Made by a program: the position numbers and the translations under genes. From IMG/VR virus record IMGVR_UViG_2974506819_000001, positions 162,789-226,788 of that record: a DNA stretch of 64,000 bases. One strand, 5' to 3'. The notes beneath the pieces are model-generated. The model was not told the DNA's origin, made no database searches, and saw only the letters and a program-made list of their open reading frames with translations. Shown here one piece after another: positions 8,699 to 18,390 of the stretch (the first letter of the stretch is position 1; each line of letters opens with the position of its first letter). This DNA comes from a virus (lineage: Duplodnaviria > Heunggongvirae > Uroviricota > Caudoviricetes).

Positions 8699-11158
8699 AT
8701 GAAACCGATCAATGAATTGGATGTATTTGTACCAGAGGTTCCTCTCTTAGAAGAATCAGATTTGGTAAAGGGCGGGGAACAAGGCCCGAGTAATGCTCAA
8801 GCACTGGCATTGGCTAGCCGTACCCATTTTCTCAATGAACGTCGTAAAGAACTCGAAACCGAACTCGACCGCATTGATACCGCACTCAGTGGTTTAGATG
8901 CTGATAAAGTTGGGGCCGATGCTAAAGGCACGGCAACCGGTTTGGTTGATGCGCACGTAAAAGATGCTGACCCACACACCCAGTATTTAACCGATGCCCG
9001 TGGTAAACTGTTGTTTGTGGACAAAACCACCGCCAACAAACCGAATGGGTATCTGCAGTTAGATGCCAACGGGAAACTGCCGGCCGGTGTTGTAACCAGC
9101 TTATCGGCACGCTACGTTATTGTGGCTGACGAAACAGAGCGACTGAAGTTAACAACCACAAATGACCTTACCATTGCAGCGCAGCAATCTGACGATACCC
9201 TGTATTACTTAAACGCCGGGACTGACCCTTCTGTCAAGGGTAATTGGATTAAGGGTCAATCGGCTACGGTATCGGGCGTCGTATCTTTCTTTGGTCGTAC
9301 CGGGGTAATTACTGCTGAAAGCGGTGACTATACGGCTGACCAGATTAATGAAACGTTAACGCGGTTATTTGTTTCCCCTCAAGAGAAACAGACCTGGAAC
9401 CAGAAACAGGATAAGCTAGTTTCCGGTACCAACATTAAAACCTTTAAAGGACAGTCTTTGGTTGGGGCGGGCGACCTTTCATTCAACTATGCTGACTTTG
9501 GTGCGGCAGCTGAAATACACAAGCATGTGGCTTCGGATATCACTGACTTTAATGATAAGGTAGACGGGCGTGCTTCTTCTTTATTAAAGGCAGGCCAAAA
9601 CATACAGCTCGTGGTTGATCCTACAACCAAAGCCGTTACCATTAATGCGGCACCACCTAATGCGGCTTCATTGTTTGCTTCGGTTGACCGAATGGGTTCG
9701 TCTGCAAACCAGATGCACGTGATAAACTTCAACCAGGATATAACGTACAACCTGGAAGCGTATGCTTTGAAGTTAGAGAAGGGGTCGACTAACCAGGTGT
9801 ATACCTTGGAAACGTTTGATCCAACTTCTGCACCGTTCTTTAACTCTACCCAATATCTGACCTTTAACGGTGTTTTGGGTGTGGCGTATAACTGGACACC
9901 GACGCTGCGTCAAAACAAAACGCGTTATGAAATGGAATTCGATCCGAACGTTAATGCTTTATCACTGTTCTCTACAGCCGGTAAAAACATTATCCCGGTG
10001 ATGGCAGGCAATGGTGGGATTAACGGTTATGTGCCGTTTGCATCTTCGGAGTACAGTGCGGACTATACAGCATATCGTGCGTTCTCCAACCTCCAGGCTG
10101 CTAATGGTGCATCAGACTGTTGGGCATCAGGTAAAGGCCAAGTTCCGTCTGCTGCTAACCCACAATGGATAGGTATCTCTTTGCCTGCGGGCGTTAAGAT
10201 AACAGCGTACAGTTTTGTGAACCGTAGTGCAGGTGCGGTATCCACACCGTCTAAATATAAACTCCAGGGCAGTAACGATAAAACCACCTGGGATGACATT
10301 GAAGCGGTACGCTCTAACACTAACGATGCAGCGGCGTTTGAGTTCTTCCATTCAGCGAGACCTACCAAAGCCTATCAGCATTATCGTCTCTACATTACTG
10401 AACGTTATCCTAACAATCCCGACTATGACTTTGTCGTGGTTTGGCGTTTACGGTTGTATGTAGAGAAACCGGTGGTGTTCCAGGGTGAGACCAGTGATGC
10501 TTTATACACACTGGACAGTAATAACGTATTGGTTCCGTTAACTGACATCTCTGACGCGGGTATTGAAGCACAGGGTATTTCGGTGGCTAAAAATATTCCA
10601 CCGGCAAACCTGTTGGCTTATCCGTTGAAAAAGATTGTGGGACTGGAACCCTCTACCCTGAACGTCAAGCTTGTCCCGATGGAACAGATCGCCATCATGA
10701 AAGACCCGTTGGTGACGAAGCCGTTTAGTAAAATAAACGCCATGAACTACACCGCGGTCCTGTTGGAAAAGACCCGGTACGCTATCTCCCCTGACGGTGT
10801 TACCTTCTATACTTACAACGGCGGTACGTGGACGTCATTAGGGGCGTTGAAGAACGACCTGGCGTCAGCGAAGAAATTGGCGGCTCAAGGTATGATGAAC
10901 GGCTTGGCAACAGGGACTATCATGACCTTGTACACCCAGCTGGGGATTAGATTCACGGCGTTCAGTTTGGCCTACGGGATTTTCCCAACGGTAGCCAACG
11001 AAGTTATCTCGGTCGACCAAACGTTGTTGAGTGTGGATTTCGCGGATACGTGGAAGAAACAAACACCGGCTGAGGTAGAGATTCGTTACAGCTCCGGGAA
11101 TATCTCCTTTAAAACGGTGGCAGCGGGAGACTACAAGCTAGTTTACCAAGTCGCCTAA
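8699..11158 (+). CDS. Tail fibre protein 2 with a discoidin domain (paralog of fibre 1)
   Basis: ATG 8699 (MKPINELDVF) aligns with the fibre 1 start. Shares the N-terminal ~300 aa motifs and the C-terminal WKxQTPxEVEIR...FKTVxAGxYKxxYQ. The TTG start at 8645 runs through the terminator. Confidence 0.8.
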   Translation: MKPINELDVFVPEVPLLEESDLVKGGEQGPSNAQALALASRTHFLNERRKELETELDRIDTALSGLDADKVGADAKGTATGLVDAHVKDADPHTQYLTDARGKLLFVDKTTANKPNGYLQLDANGKLPAGVVTSLSARYVIVADETERLKLTTTNDLTIAAQQSDDTLYYLNAGTDPSVKGNWIKGQSATVSGVVSFFGRTGVITAESGDYTADQINETLTRLFVSPQEKQTWNQKQDKLVSGTNIKTFKGQSLVGAGDLSFNYADFGAAAEIHKHVASDITDFNDKVDGRASSLLKAGQNIQLVVDPTTKAVTINAAPPNAASLFASVDRMGSSANQMHVINFNQDITYNLEAYALKLEKGSTNQVYTLETFDPTSAPFFNSTQYLTFNGVLGVAYNWTPTLRQNKTRYEMEFDPNVNALSLFSTAGKNIIPVMAGNGGINGYVPFASSEYSADYTAYRAFSNLQAANGASDCWASGKGQVPSAANPQWIGISLPAGVKITAYSFVNRSAGAVSTPSKYKLQGSNDKTTWDDIEAVRSNTNDAAAFEFFHSARPTKAYQHYRLYITERYPNNPDYDFVVVWRLRLYVEKPVVFQGETSDALYTLDSNNVLVPLTDISDAGIEAQGISVAKNIPPANLLAYPLKKIVGLEPSTLNVKLVPMEQIAIMKDPLVTKPFSKINAMNYTAVLLEKTRYAISPDGVTFYTYNGGTWTSLGALKNDLASAKKLAAQGMMNGLATGTIMTLYTQLGIRFTAFSLAYGIFPTVANEVISVDQTLLSVDFADTWKKQTPAEVEIRYSSGNISFKTVAAGDYKLVYQVA

Positions 11159-11219
11159 TTTTATGGTAGGTTCAATATTGCTCAGCCTCCCTTTCGGAGG
11201 CTGAGTACTTTCTATTTTT
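11157..11219 (+). promoter_or_regulatory. Putative late promoter plus hairpin/U-tract
   Basis: AATTTTATGGTAGGT, then stem CTCAGCCTCC/GGAGGCTGAG (11181-11205) and a T-rich tail. Confidence 0.45.
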
Positions 11220-11233
11220 ACAAGGCGATTCGT

Positions 11234-12103
11234 ATGGGCTTAAATCTTCGTTTTATGCCTTACACTGATGGGGATTCTGACGGGGTGGATATTTACCGAG
11301 CCACATCCAAGACCGGTGAGCGTCAGCTCATGAAGAGTCTGGCCGCTGGGATTCATGAGTTTAGCGACCACAGTGTGGAAGCCAATAAAGTGTATTGGTA
11401 CTGGATACTGAACAAATCTGCCGCCAACGGAGACCGACTCAGCCAACCCATGAGTGCACCAACGTTCATTGATTTGGGCCCTGGCCCGAAGAAACTGCTA
11501 CGTGGGGATTGGGATTTCGGTTACCTGGGGTATGTCCCGGTCGCGGATATGTTCACCTATGCTCAAGCACAGAGCGCAGCAGCCATTCAAGCAGCACCGG
11601 ATGGCGGCACACTGAACGGATTCCATAAGTGTGTAGTACGGGGACGGATTATTTACTTTGGGGATGTCATTTATTCTCGTACAGTAAACCGTACCACGGT
11701 AGGGAATGCTCTGTTAGCACAGGACAGCAATCCGTTAACCACAGCACCTCGTCTGGCGGTAAATGATTATGAGTACATCGTACGGTGCCCTTACTCTTCT
11801 ACTTTATCTACTACTGCGGTTGTGGGTACGGGTGACGGGTTGGATGGTACCATCAAACTCAGTGAAGTCGGCATGCTAGCGTCGCTTATTCTGGATGCAG
11901 ATACTGCTGGTAAGCTTAGTGGGAATAAGCTGGGTGATCTCGCTAACAATGGGTTATCAACCTTTTATTTCTCTAATACGTACGCTGCTAACAATGTTGT
12001 GAACGTGTTCAGTCTGGTTGCTGATGCGTCTATCGGACCTGCCAGTGACATGACAGGGAACCGTCCATTCTGGCCTGTCTTCGAGTTAGTGCTACACGAA
12101 TAA
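11234..12103 (+). CDS. Virion adhesin-like paralog, subtype c (FN3-like N-domain + GPGP linker + ...WPVFEL domain)
   Basis: Shares DIYR, VYWY, GPGPKKLLRGDWDFG, KCVVRGRI and WPVFEL with the other array members. Confidence 0.75.
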   Translation: MGLNLRFMPYTDGDSDGVDIYRATSKTGERQLMKSLAAGIHEFSDHSVEANKVYWYWILNKSAANGDRLSQPMSAPTFIDLGPGPKKLLRGDWDFGYLGYVPVADMFTYAQAQSAAAIQAAPDGGTLNGFHKCVVRGRIIYFGDVIYSRTVNRTTVGNALLAQDSNPLTTAPRLAVNDYEYIVRCPYSSTLSTTAVVGTGDGLDGTIKLSEVGMLASLILDADTAGKLSGNKLGDLANNGLSTFYFSNTYAANNVVNVFSLVADASIGPASDMTGNRPFWPVFELVLHE

Positions 12104-12129
12104 GGCTGTTAAACATACAGGTGGATTAA

Positions 12130-13881
12130 ATGAGTTTACCGAGTCGGCAACTCTTTTTAGACCGTTTTATGGAAGTAAACCGTATACGGTATAAAAACGA
12201 TCCTGAAGTTTTGGACCGGTTGAACAAGCTCACTGTAAAAGACATTGTCTTTGAGGGGCTGACCGAAGACCCAAACCGACCTGGGGGGATGATTTCCAAC
12301 TTCTCGGTACCTGCCAAAGCCATTGAAGCCTATGCGCAACGATGGATTCCGGTAGACATCAAGAGCAAACACATCATCAATCCAGCAAACGTTACCAATG
12401 TCCCGACATTGAATGACGTCATTGCTGCGCAAGCCCGCGGGTTGTTTACCTATCAGGATAATGGGTCAACCAAACTAGCGATCGTTATGGCCTTCCGTCA
12501 AGATATCCCTGTGGAGAACTTGGCGAAAGAAGTTACCAAAACCTTAAACCGCACAACCAGTTACGTCATTAAAGACGGTGACCTGCAAATAAACTTCAAC
12601 GACTCCACGGATGATTATAGATTATTTGATGTTCGTAATGAGACCATCAGCGGTGAAGTAGCAGTGATTCGTCTCCCCAGTAACCTGTTAAAAGGAACCT
12701 GGTGGTTAGGCTATCTGGGTGAGTGGACACCTGATGAAGTTATCCGTCCCAGTATTCTGGCCGAAATGGTTGGGGTGCCGAATGGGATTAACCCAGACGT
12801 GGAATGGTTAAAGTTCTCAGTAGAGGGCCGCATCATTTATGTTGCCAAACGACCCATTAGCAAAATGGTCAGTTATGGTAGCCTGTCGGGGTTAAACCTG
12901 GTAGACGGTAACCGTATTGTTGATATCGATCATGAACAGTACAAGATTCGACTGTTAACCGCAGAAGACTCTGACACGTCCGACTGGAACCGGGTGATGT
13001 ACCGTGTTTCTGAAGATGACCCCACAGGAACTTTCTGGGAAGAGTTCACCGACCAAGAGTTAGGTATCAATAACTCTGATAACGGTGGGATTACCCTGTC
13101 TCGTTCTGAAAGTGGTGGGTCGGTCTACGGTCGTGGTCGTTACAGCATCACGTCTCTGCAATCTGTTATTAAAACCGCTTCTTCTCCGGCAACGGGCTGG
13201 CGTCCTGTTCTGGAACTTATCGGTGTTGACAATATTGAATACGCACCGACAGCACACTTAACCGGCGTGATTCCTGTTGAACCTGAGATGTCAGGCGGAG
13301 CATCGGGTGACTTTGTTTATGCCGTAGGTCCTGTGGCTTCACGCATGACGGAACACACCGACTTTAACGGTTACCGTTATGATGATGTCGTCTTTGCGGT
13401 GCAGGGTGTTGAGGTCTATCAGAACCAGTTAGTGCCGGCAACGGAAATTGTTGACTACAGCTACGTCGCGGTCTTCAACGTTATGTCGGTAGAGGTTAAA
13501 CCTGACACGGTCGTGAAACCCACGGAAATTACAGGGTCGAGAATTCAGGACGTTGTAATTGTACCAAATACCGTTAAGTCAACGGTTGACCCTGACTGGC
13601 TGGAGTCTGACAATAACACCGCCGTGTCGAACGGAATCATTTCAGCCGTTGCAAAACGCGGTGTTATCACTTTGTTACCAACTTCGGGTTACGCTAATAC
13701 CGCTGACTCAAACAGCGTGGTTGGGGCCGTAACGAAGAAAGGTAGCTATGTCATTGCCGCTGATTTTGTAATTGAAGAGATTACGTTTAACGGCATCGAC
13801 AACTGGATTCCAGAAACAGACTACGGCGATCTGTTTGAAGAAGAAGTGTATAATCCTGACACGACATTTATGTCTTTCTAA
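12130..13881 (+). CDS. Virion paralog, long subtype B (RQLFLDRF N-domain + ...WRPVLEL domain + beta-rich tail)
   Basis: Strongly similar to 16711..18375 (WLKF, KRPISK, LVDG.RI, Y..RLL, DP..TFWE.FTD.E.G, GWRPVLE). Ends with IPETDYGDL. Confidence 0.75.
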   Translation: MSLPSRQLFLDRFMEVNRIRYKNDPEVLDRLNKLTVKDIVFEGLTEDPNRPGGMISNFSVPAKAIEAYAQRWIPVDIKSKHIINPANVTNVPTLNDVIAAQARGLFTYQDNGSTKLAIVMAFRQDIPVENLAKEVTKTLNRTTSYVIKDGDLQINFNDSTDDYRLFDVRNETISGEVAVIRLPSNLLKGTWWLGYLGEWTPDEVIRPSILAEMVGVPNGINPDVEWLKFSVEGRIIYVAKRPISKMVSYGSLSGLNLVDGNRIVDIDHEQYKIRLLTAEDSDTSDWNRVMYRVSEDDPTGTFWEEFTDQELGINNSDNGGITLSRSESGGSVYGRGRYSITSLQSVIKTASSPATGWRPVLELIGVDNIEYAPTAHLTGVIPVEPEMSGGASGDFVYAVGPVASRMTEHTDFNGYRYDDVVFAVQGVEVYQNQLVPATEIVDYSYVAVFNVMSVEVKPDTVVKPTEITGSRIQDVVIVPNTVKSTVDPDWLESDNNTAVSNGIISAVAKRGVITLLPTSGYANTADSNSVVGAVTKKGSYVIAADFVIEEITFNGIDNWIPETDYGDLFEEEVYNPDTTFMSF

Positions 13882-13894
13882 AAGAGAGTAAATC

Positions 13895-14791
13895 ATGGGC
13901 ATTCGTCTCGAAATTACTAACAAAAACACCGTACCGGTAACGATTAACGTTTACCGTGGTGATCAAGAACTGGACCGTGCTAATCTCCCGCCGGCAATTG
14001 GTCAGATTGCCAACACCACCGATAACCCGGCTATCTTTAATGATAACACGGTGGTGCAAGGCAAAACGTATTTCTACGTGTTTGAAACCGTGGGACCGAA
14101 AGATCGTGCCTACACCCGTAACTTCAAAATCCAGGCGCTGGAAACCCGCGGTCCGGGTGATAACGATCTCAAAATCGGCAACCGCAACCTGGGGTATTAC
14201 GGCAACCTGTCAGCCGGTGCGATTACTGATGCCGCGTCTCTGTGCTCTGCGATCGGTTTGACCGGCCACACCGTTAACTCCTTTGCGACCTGGTACAAAT
14301 TTGCGCGTAAAGGCAAAGTGCTGTTTGTGCCGAACGCACACATTGCTCGCGGTGGGATGTCGTTCAACAAACTGAAGACGCTCGGTCTGGTGGACGGCAA
14401 AACCATCACCATCGGTGCCTTTAAATATAAAGTGCGTCTGATGAGCGGTTGGGATGACAGCAAAGCGCTGGATGCGAACATGGTGGTAGGTACTAACTAC
14501 AGCATGGAAGATTACCTGGACAACTCTTGCGAATTCAACGACCTGGTATATCCGCTGGTGAAGTGGACACCTAACGGTCAGCATTTGCCAGGTCTGTTCC
14601 AGCAGACAGTTACGGCGGTAACGTCTAACACGCTGCCGCTGTGCAAGGATAACGACGGTACAAAATTTGTGCGCCGCACTATGGCGGCTGATACCCGTGC
14701 CGCTGTTTCCACCATTGCTATCGATAATACACCAGACGCTGTAAACGCTTCTTACAGCCTGCTGCCGGTTCTGGAACTCATCGAGGGGTAA
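13895..14791 (+). CDS. Virion adhesin-like paralog, subtype a
   Basis: Pairs with 18391..19281: VQGKTYFY.FE, ETRGPG, KFARKGKV.FVP, SCEFNDLVYPL, PVLELIEG. Confidence 0.75.
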   Translation: MGIRLEITNKNTVPVTINVYRGDQELDRANLPPAIGQIANTTDNPAIFNDNTVVQGKTYFYVFETVGPKDRAYTRNFKIQALETRGPGDNDLKIGNRNLGYYGNLSAGAITDAASLCSAIGLTGHTVNSFATWYKFARKGKVLFVPNAHIARGGMSFNKLKTLGLVDGKTITIGAFKYKVRLMSGWDDSKALDANMVVGTNYSMEDYLDNSCEFNDLVYPLVKWTPNGQHLPGLFQQTVTAVTSNTLPLCKDNDGTKFVRRTMAADTRAAVSTIAIDNTPDAVNASYSLLPVLELIEG

Positions 14792-14795
14792 TCTC

Positions 14796-15728
14796 ATGTC
14801 ATTAGTGGTGCAATGGGAAGATATCCCAGATGCCGCTGGTTACGAAATCTATCGGTCTAAGACGAAGTTCTCTTTGAGCACGTTGCCGACCGATAAGGTT
14901 AGTGTGCCGGCTGGTGCAACGGAATACGAATACACCGACGTGGATCGCCAAACCGTTTACTGGTTTGCTATTCGTACCCTCGACGCTAACGGAGCAGGAA
15001 CCTTTGGTCAAGTCTTCCCGTTAGGTTATTTCCCGGACACCGGTCCTGGTCCTTCTACATTGTTACGTGGGGACTGGGCGTTTGGTTTCTTTGGGGAAGT
15101 TAGCCCGAGTCTGGTAGGGACATCGGACGAAGTGTATGCTCAACTGACGCAGACAACGGCGGATAACCCCATCAAGCCTACGGTAAAAGATTTTGTTTAC
15201 CTGAAATGCATTGTGAACGGGAAGATTGTCTTTATTCCTTCGTCTCCGTTTGCAACCTATGCGGTGATGGGAACGACGGCGCATTACATCTCAATAGGTG
15301 CAACGGGCGATGCTGGGTTAGATGACAACACCGCACCGGTTATCAAACTCAAGGGACGGGATTACCGTCACCGCTTACCAAGAGCAAGCAACAGCAAATC
15401 CACAGCGGGAACTGTTAATCTGGATGTGGTATCAGACGATGTGTTAATGTCTGAGGTCGGTATGTTAGCGGCGCTCCTGTTATCGACCGCTGAAACAGAC
15501 GTGTCGAAGAACCCAGACAACCGTAATGCCGCACCGTTGCATTATCGTCTCGGTGACTATACCGATCTTGCCAACGTCATTACGCTTCATCGTTTCGCTA
15601 ACTACGGTGGCAACAACAACTCGCTGTACAGTTACGTTGTTACGCCAAGCACGGGCGCTATTGCAAACAAGGTCTGGTATTACACCGACCCGAAAGCCTA
15701 CCTGCCGGTATTAGAACTGCTCTTCTAA
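14796..15728 (+). CDS. Virion adhesin-like paralog, subtype b
   Basis: Pairs with 19284..20249: FP.G.FP.TGPGP, KCIVNGKI.FIP, DD.L.SE.GM.AAL, LEL.F stop. Confidence 0.75.
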   Translation: MSLVVQWEDIPDAAGYEIYRSKTKFSLSTLPTDKVSVPAGATEYEYTDVDRQTVYWFAIRTLDANGAGTFGQVFPLGYFPDTGPGPSTLLRGDWAFGFFGEVSPSLVGTSDEVYAQLTQTTADNPIKPTVKDFVYLKCIVNGKIVFIPSSPFATYAVMGTTAHYISIGATGDAGLDDNTAPVIKLKGRDYRHRLPRASNSKSTAGTVNLDVVSDDVLMSEVGMLAALLLSTAETDVSKNPDNRNAAPLHYRLGDYTDLANVITLHRFANYGGNNNSLYSYVVTPSTGAIANKVWYYTDPKAYLPVLELLF

Positions 15729-15738
15729 GGAGAACATA

Positions 15739-16599
15739 ATGGGTGTGAAGATTCAGTGGATTGACCCCAATATCGATCCATTAGATACAGTAGAAATCTG
15801 GCGTTCTCCCACAAAAGCCGGTGCGCCGGTTAAGATTGGGAGTGTGGCTGGCGACGTGCGTGAGTATCAGGACGATACAGCTGAACGAAACAAAGTTAGT
15901 TGGTACACACTGACTTCAGTGCGTGGTCAAGGCAAAGCCATCAGTACACCGTTTCCGGTAGGTAACTATCCTGATACGGGTCCAGGCCCTAAAACCATCA
16001 TGCGTGGTACGTGGGAGTTTGGTGTGTTCGGTGAAGTGGATGCTAACCTGCTTCCGGGTTTCAGTGAAATCCAGGAGAAGGTGGGTATCGCTCCGAACAA
16101 TTCCGTGGTCCGATTCTACAAATGGATTGTTAACGGCCGCATCATCTTTATTCCATGGGGACCGTACAGCAGTGCGTTTGGTACTACTATCACTGCTGCC
16201 GGTATCATGGTGCCTCAGGGTAAAACGAATGAGGCGGGTTTGGTGATTGATCGTGAGGGGTACGGCTACAACATTCGTCCTCCTTACGCGACCAACAACT
16301 TCACCAGTGAACTAACGACCATTGCTGACGGTGGGGATGAAACCCTGAAGCTTTCAGAGTTGGCTGCAATTATGACCAGTCTGGTTGGGATGGACACGAA
16401 GTTAATGTACGGTGACATGAAGTGGGGTGATATTTCTCCTGCTGCAGCGGGCGGTAACTATTACCTGACCAACACCTACATTAACGCCAACAACTCCACC
16501 CTGGTAGCAAACATCGCAGCGTCACCGGCGTTAGTGAGATCAGGTAGTACATCTTCTGCTCGTGGCTTGTGGCCCGTGTACGAACTGCTGTTAACATAA
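15739..16599 (+). CDS. Virion adhesin-like paralog, subtype c
   Basis: Pairs with 20259..21113 and 11234..12103: RPP(Y/F)AT, SE..AIM, TNTY, PVYEL. Confidence 0.75.
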   Translation: MGVKIQWIDPNIDPLDTVEIWRSPTKAGAPVKIGSVAGDVREYQDDTAERNKVSWYTLTSVRGQGKAISTPFPVGNYPDTGPGPKTIMRGTWEFGVFGEVDANLLPGFSEIQEKVGIAPNNSVVRFYKWIVNGRIIFIPWGPYSSAFGTTITAAGIMVPQGKTNEAGLVIDREGYGYNIRPPYATNNFTSELTTIADGGDETLKLSELAAIMTSLVGMDTKLMYGDMKWGDISPAAAGGNYYLTNTYINANNSTLVANIAASPALVRSGSTSSARGLWPVYELLLT

Positions 16600-16603
16600 T
16601 GGG

Positions 16604-16634
16604 GACACCTCCTCCCTTCACTGGGAGGAGGGTC
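16604..16634 (+). terminator. Hairpin between the two paralog cassettes
   Basis: CCTCCTCCC/GGGAGGAGG stem (16608-16631) extended by GAC/GTC. Confidence 0.6.
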
Positions 16635-16710
16635 TTATATAACTGATGGCAAAATGTTATGTTCCTGATTTCTTTATCCCTTATTATCCGTAAACGGAGA
16701 GGTACATGAC

Positions 16711-18375
16711 GTGAGTATAAACAGGCGTCAGCTCTTCCTGGACAGGTTCCTTGCCTATAACAGGTCGCGCTATAAAGATAACCCTGACGCACTCAAACGA
16801 CTGGACAGACTCACCTTCGAGGACATGGTTTTCGATGGCATTGCTATTGATACCAGCAAAGCCGGTGAGCTTCGTCGTCGCGTCGCTAACTTCCATGCCG
16901 ATGCGCAAATGATGGAAGGTGTTGATCAACGCTGGACGTGCACCAGTCTGTTGCATCGCAAAGTCATCCCCACTGAAAACTATATCAACAGCACGCCGTT
17001 TGCCTCTCTGGAAGATTTTAAGAAAGTTAACCTGCAAGGTGTGTATCAGTATTTAGATGACGGTGTTCCGGTATTGGGTGTGGTACTTGCTACCGACTCG
17101 TCTAAAACCGAAGACGTTACCCCGGAGTTGATTACACTCCTGAACACGGTATCTCGTTACCAACTGTTAACCACCGAGCTGTCAATTGAAGCTGCTGACC
17201 GTGACCACTTCCCAATGCACTTCACCTACATGGGTGATACCATTGTGGGTCGCATTACTGTCATCCGTCAAGCTGCAGACCGACCTGCGGTAGGTAACGA
17301 AATTCTTGGTTATTACGGTGAGTTCCCGTCCGACTACTTAATCTCCAGCGGTGTATTGGCTGAGATGTTAGGGTTGGCTGGTGATAAACTGATTACCGGT
17401 GCAGAGACAGTGCCGTGGTTGAAGTTTGCTTACTTCGGTAAACTCCTGCATGTGTCAAAGCGTCCTATCAGTAAAAACATGACGTGGACGGCGCTGAACG
17501 ACATGGGGTTAGTTGACGGCTCCCGTATTATTCAGTTAGGTAATAAGCGTTATCGGGTACGTTTATTACACGGAGCAGCAAATGACTTCGGTAATGAATG
17601 GAACGACCTCATCTATCGCGTTCATTATCAAGATCCAACTAATACGTTCTGGGAGCGATTCACAGACGAAGAGATGGGGCTTGGTTGGGATGCAGTTACC
17701 AACAAATGGTATCGTGATGGGTCCATTGCCTTTACCCAGGATGCAGTCGATGCTACTACGGTGGTAACACGTGGTGGCGGGCAGGATGGTGCGTCACTGA
17801 CCGTGACCGGTACCGTAGCGAAAACCACGACCAGCAAGTATTACGGTTGGCGACCGGTGTTGGAATACATTGGAACAAGCGGAATAGATACACCGTACAT
17901 TGCGGATATCAGTTCTCCACTGTCGTTGGATTTCTCATCTGAAATCAACACCGACTTTACTGGGGTCTTGCGTCCGTTTGGGTTTGACGTGGAAATGGTG
18001 CCGGATGCGAAGATTGTACCTAGCGCTGTTAACAACGTTACCCTGTTTGCGGTGAAGTTGGATTCTGCTTCGCTGGTAGGTAGTGCAGAAGCTCCGGTTG
18101 TCACCAAAATCGAAAACAACTCGGTGAAATTCCCACGTGATGTCAGACTGGATAAAATGGTCCCGTTAACGTGTGACATCTATTCACTGGAAGAGCCGGA
18201 CGATACAGTTAGACTGGCTACGGTCGACATGGGTGACATCACTCCACGTCAAATTCGACCAACCATTCCATTAGCGGCACAGGACCTCGGTGACATTGCA
18301 ACCAAACAAGTCAACCCAGATGCTGATGGGAAATACAACGGTCTGTTTACCCATAACGGCACGCTACATTATTAA
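16711..18375 (+). CDS. Virion paralog, long subtype B
   Basis: GTG start 8 nt after SD GGAGAGG. RQLFLDRF N-terminus and an internal GWRPVLE domain as in 12130..13881. Confidence 0.75.
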   Translation: MSINRRQLFLDRFLAYNRSRYKDNPDALKRLDRLTFEDMVFDGIAIDTSKAGELRRRVANFHADAQMMEGVDQRWTCTSLLHRKVIPTENYINSTPFASLEDFKKVNLQGVYQYLDDGVPVLGVVLATDSSKTEDVTPELITLLNTVSRYQLLTTELSIEAADRDHFPMHFTYMGDTIVGRITVIRQAADRPAVGNEILGYYGEFPSDYLISSGVLAEMLGLAGDKLITGAETVPWLKFAYFGKLLHVSKRPISKNMTWTALNDMGLVDGSRIIQLGNKRYRVRLLHGAANDFGNEWNDLIYRVHYQDPTNTFWERFTDEEMGLGWDAVTNKWYRDGSIAFTQDAVDATTVVTRGGGQDGASLTVTGTVAKTTTSKYYGWRPVLEYIGTSGIDTPYIADISSPLSLDFSSEINTDFTGVLRPFGFDVEMVPDAKIVPSAVNNVTLFAVKLDSASLVGSAEAPVVTKIENNSVKFPRDVRLDKMVPLTCDIYSLEEPDDTVRLATVDMGDITPRQIRPTIPLAAQDLGDIATKQVNPDADGKYNGLFTHNGTLHY

Positions 18376-18390
18376 TTCATAGGAACAGTC

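Noticed and set aside
16706-16714. ATG-ACG-TGA mini-ORF over the GTG start
   Set aside because: SD spacing favours GTG 16711; there is no evidence for a regulatory role.
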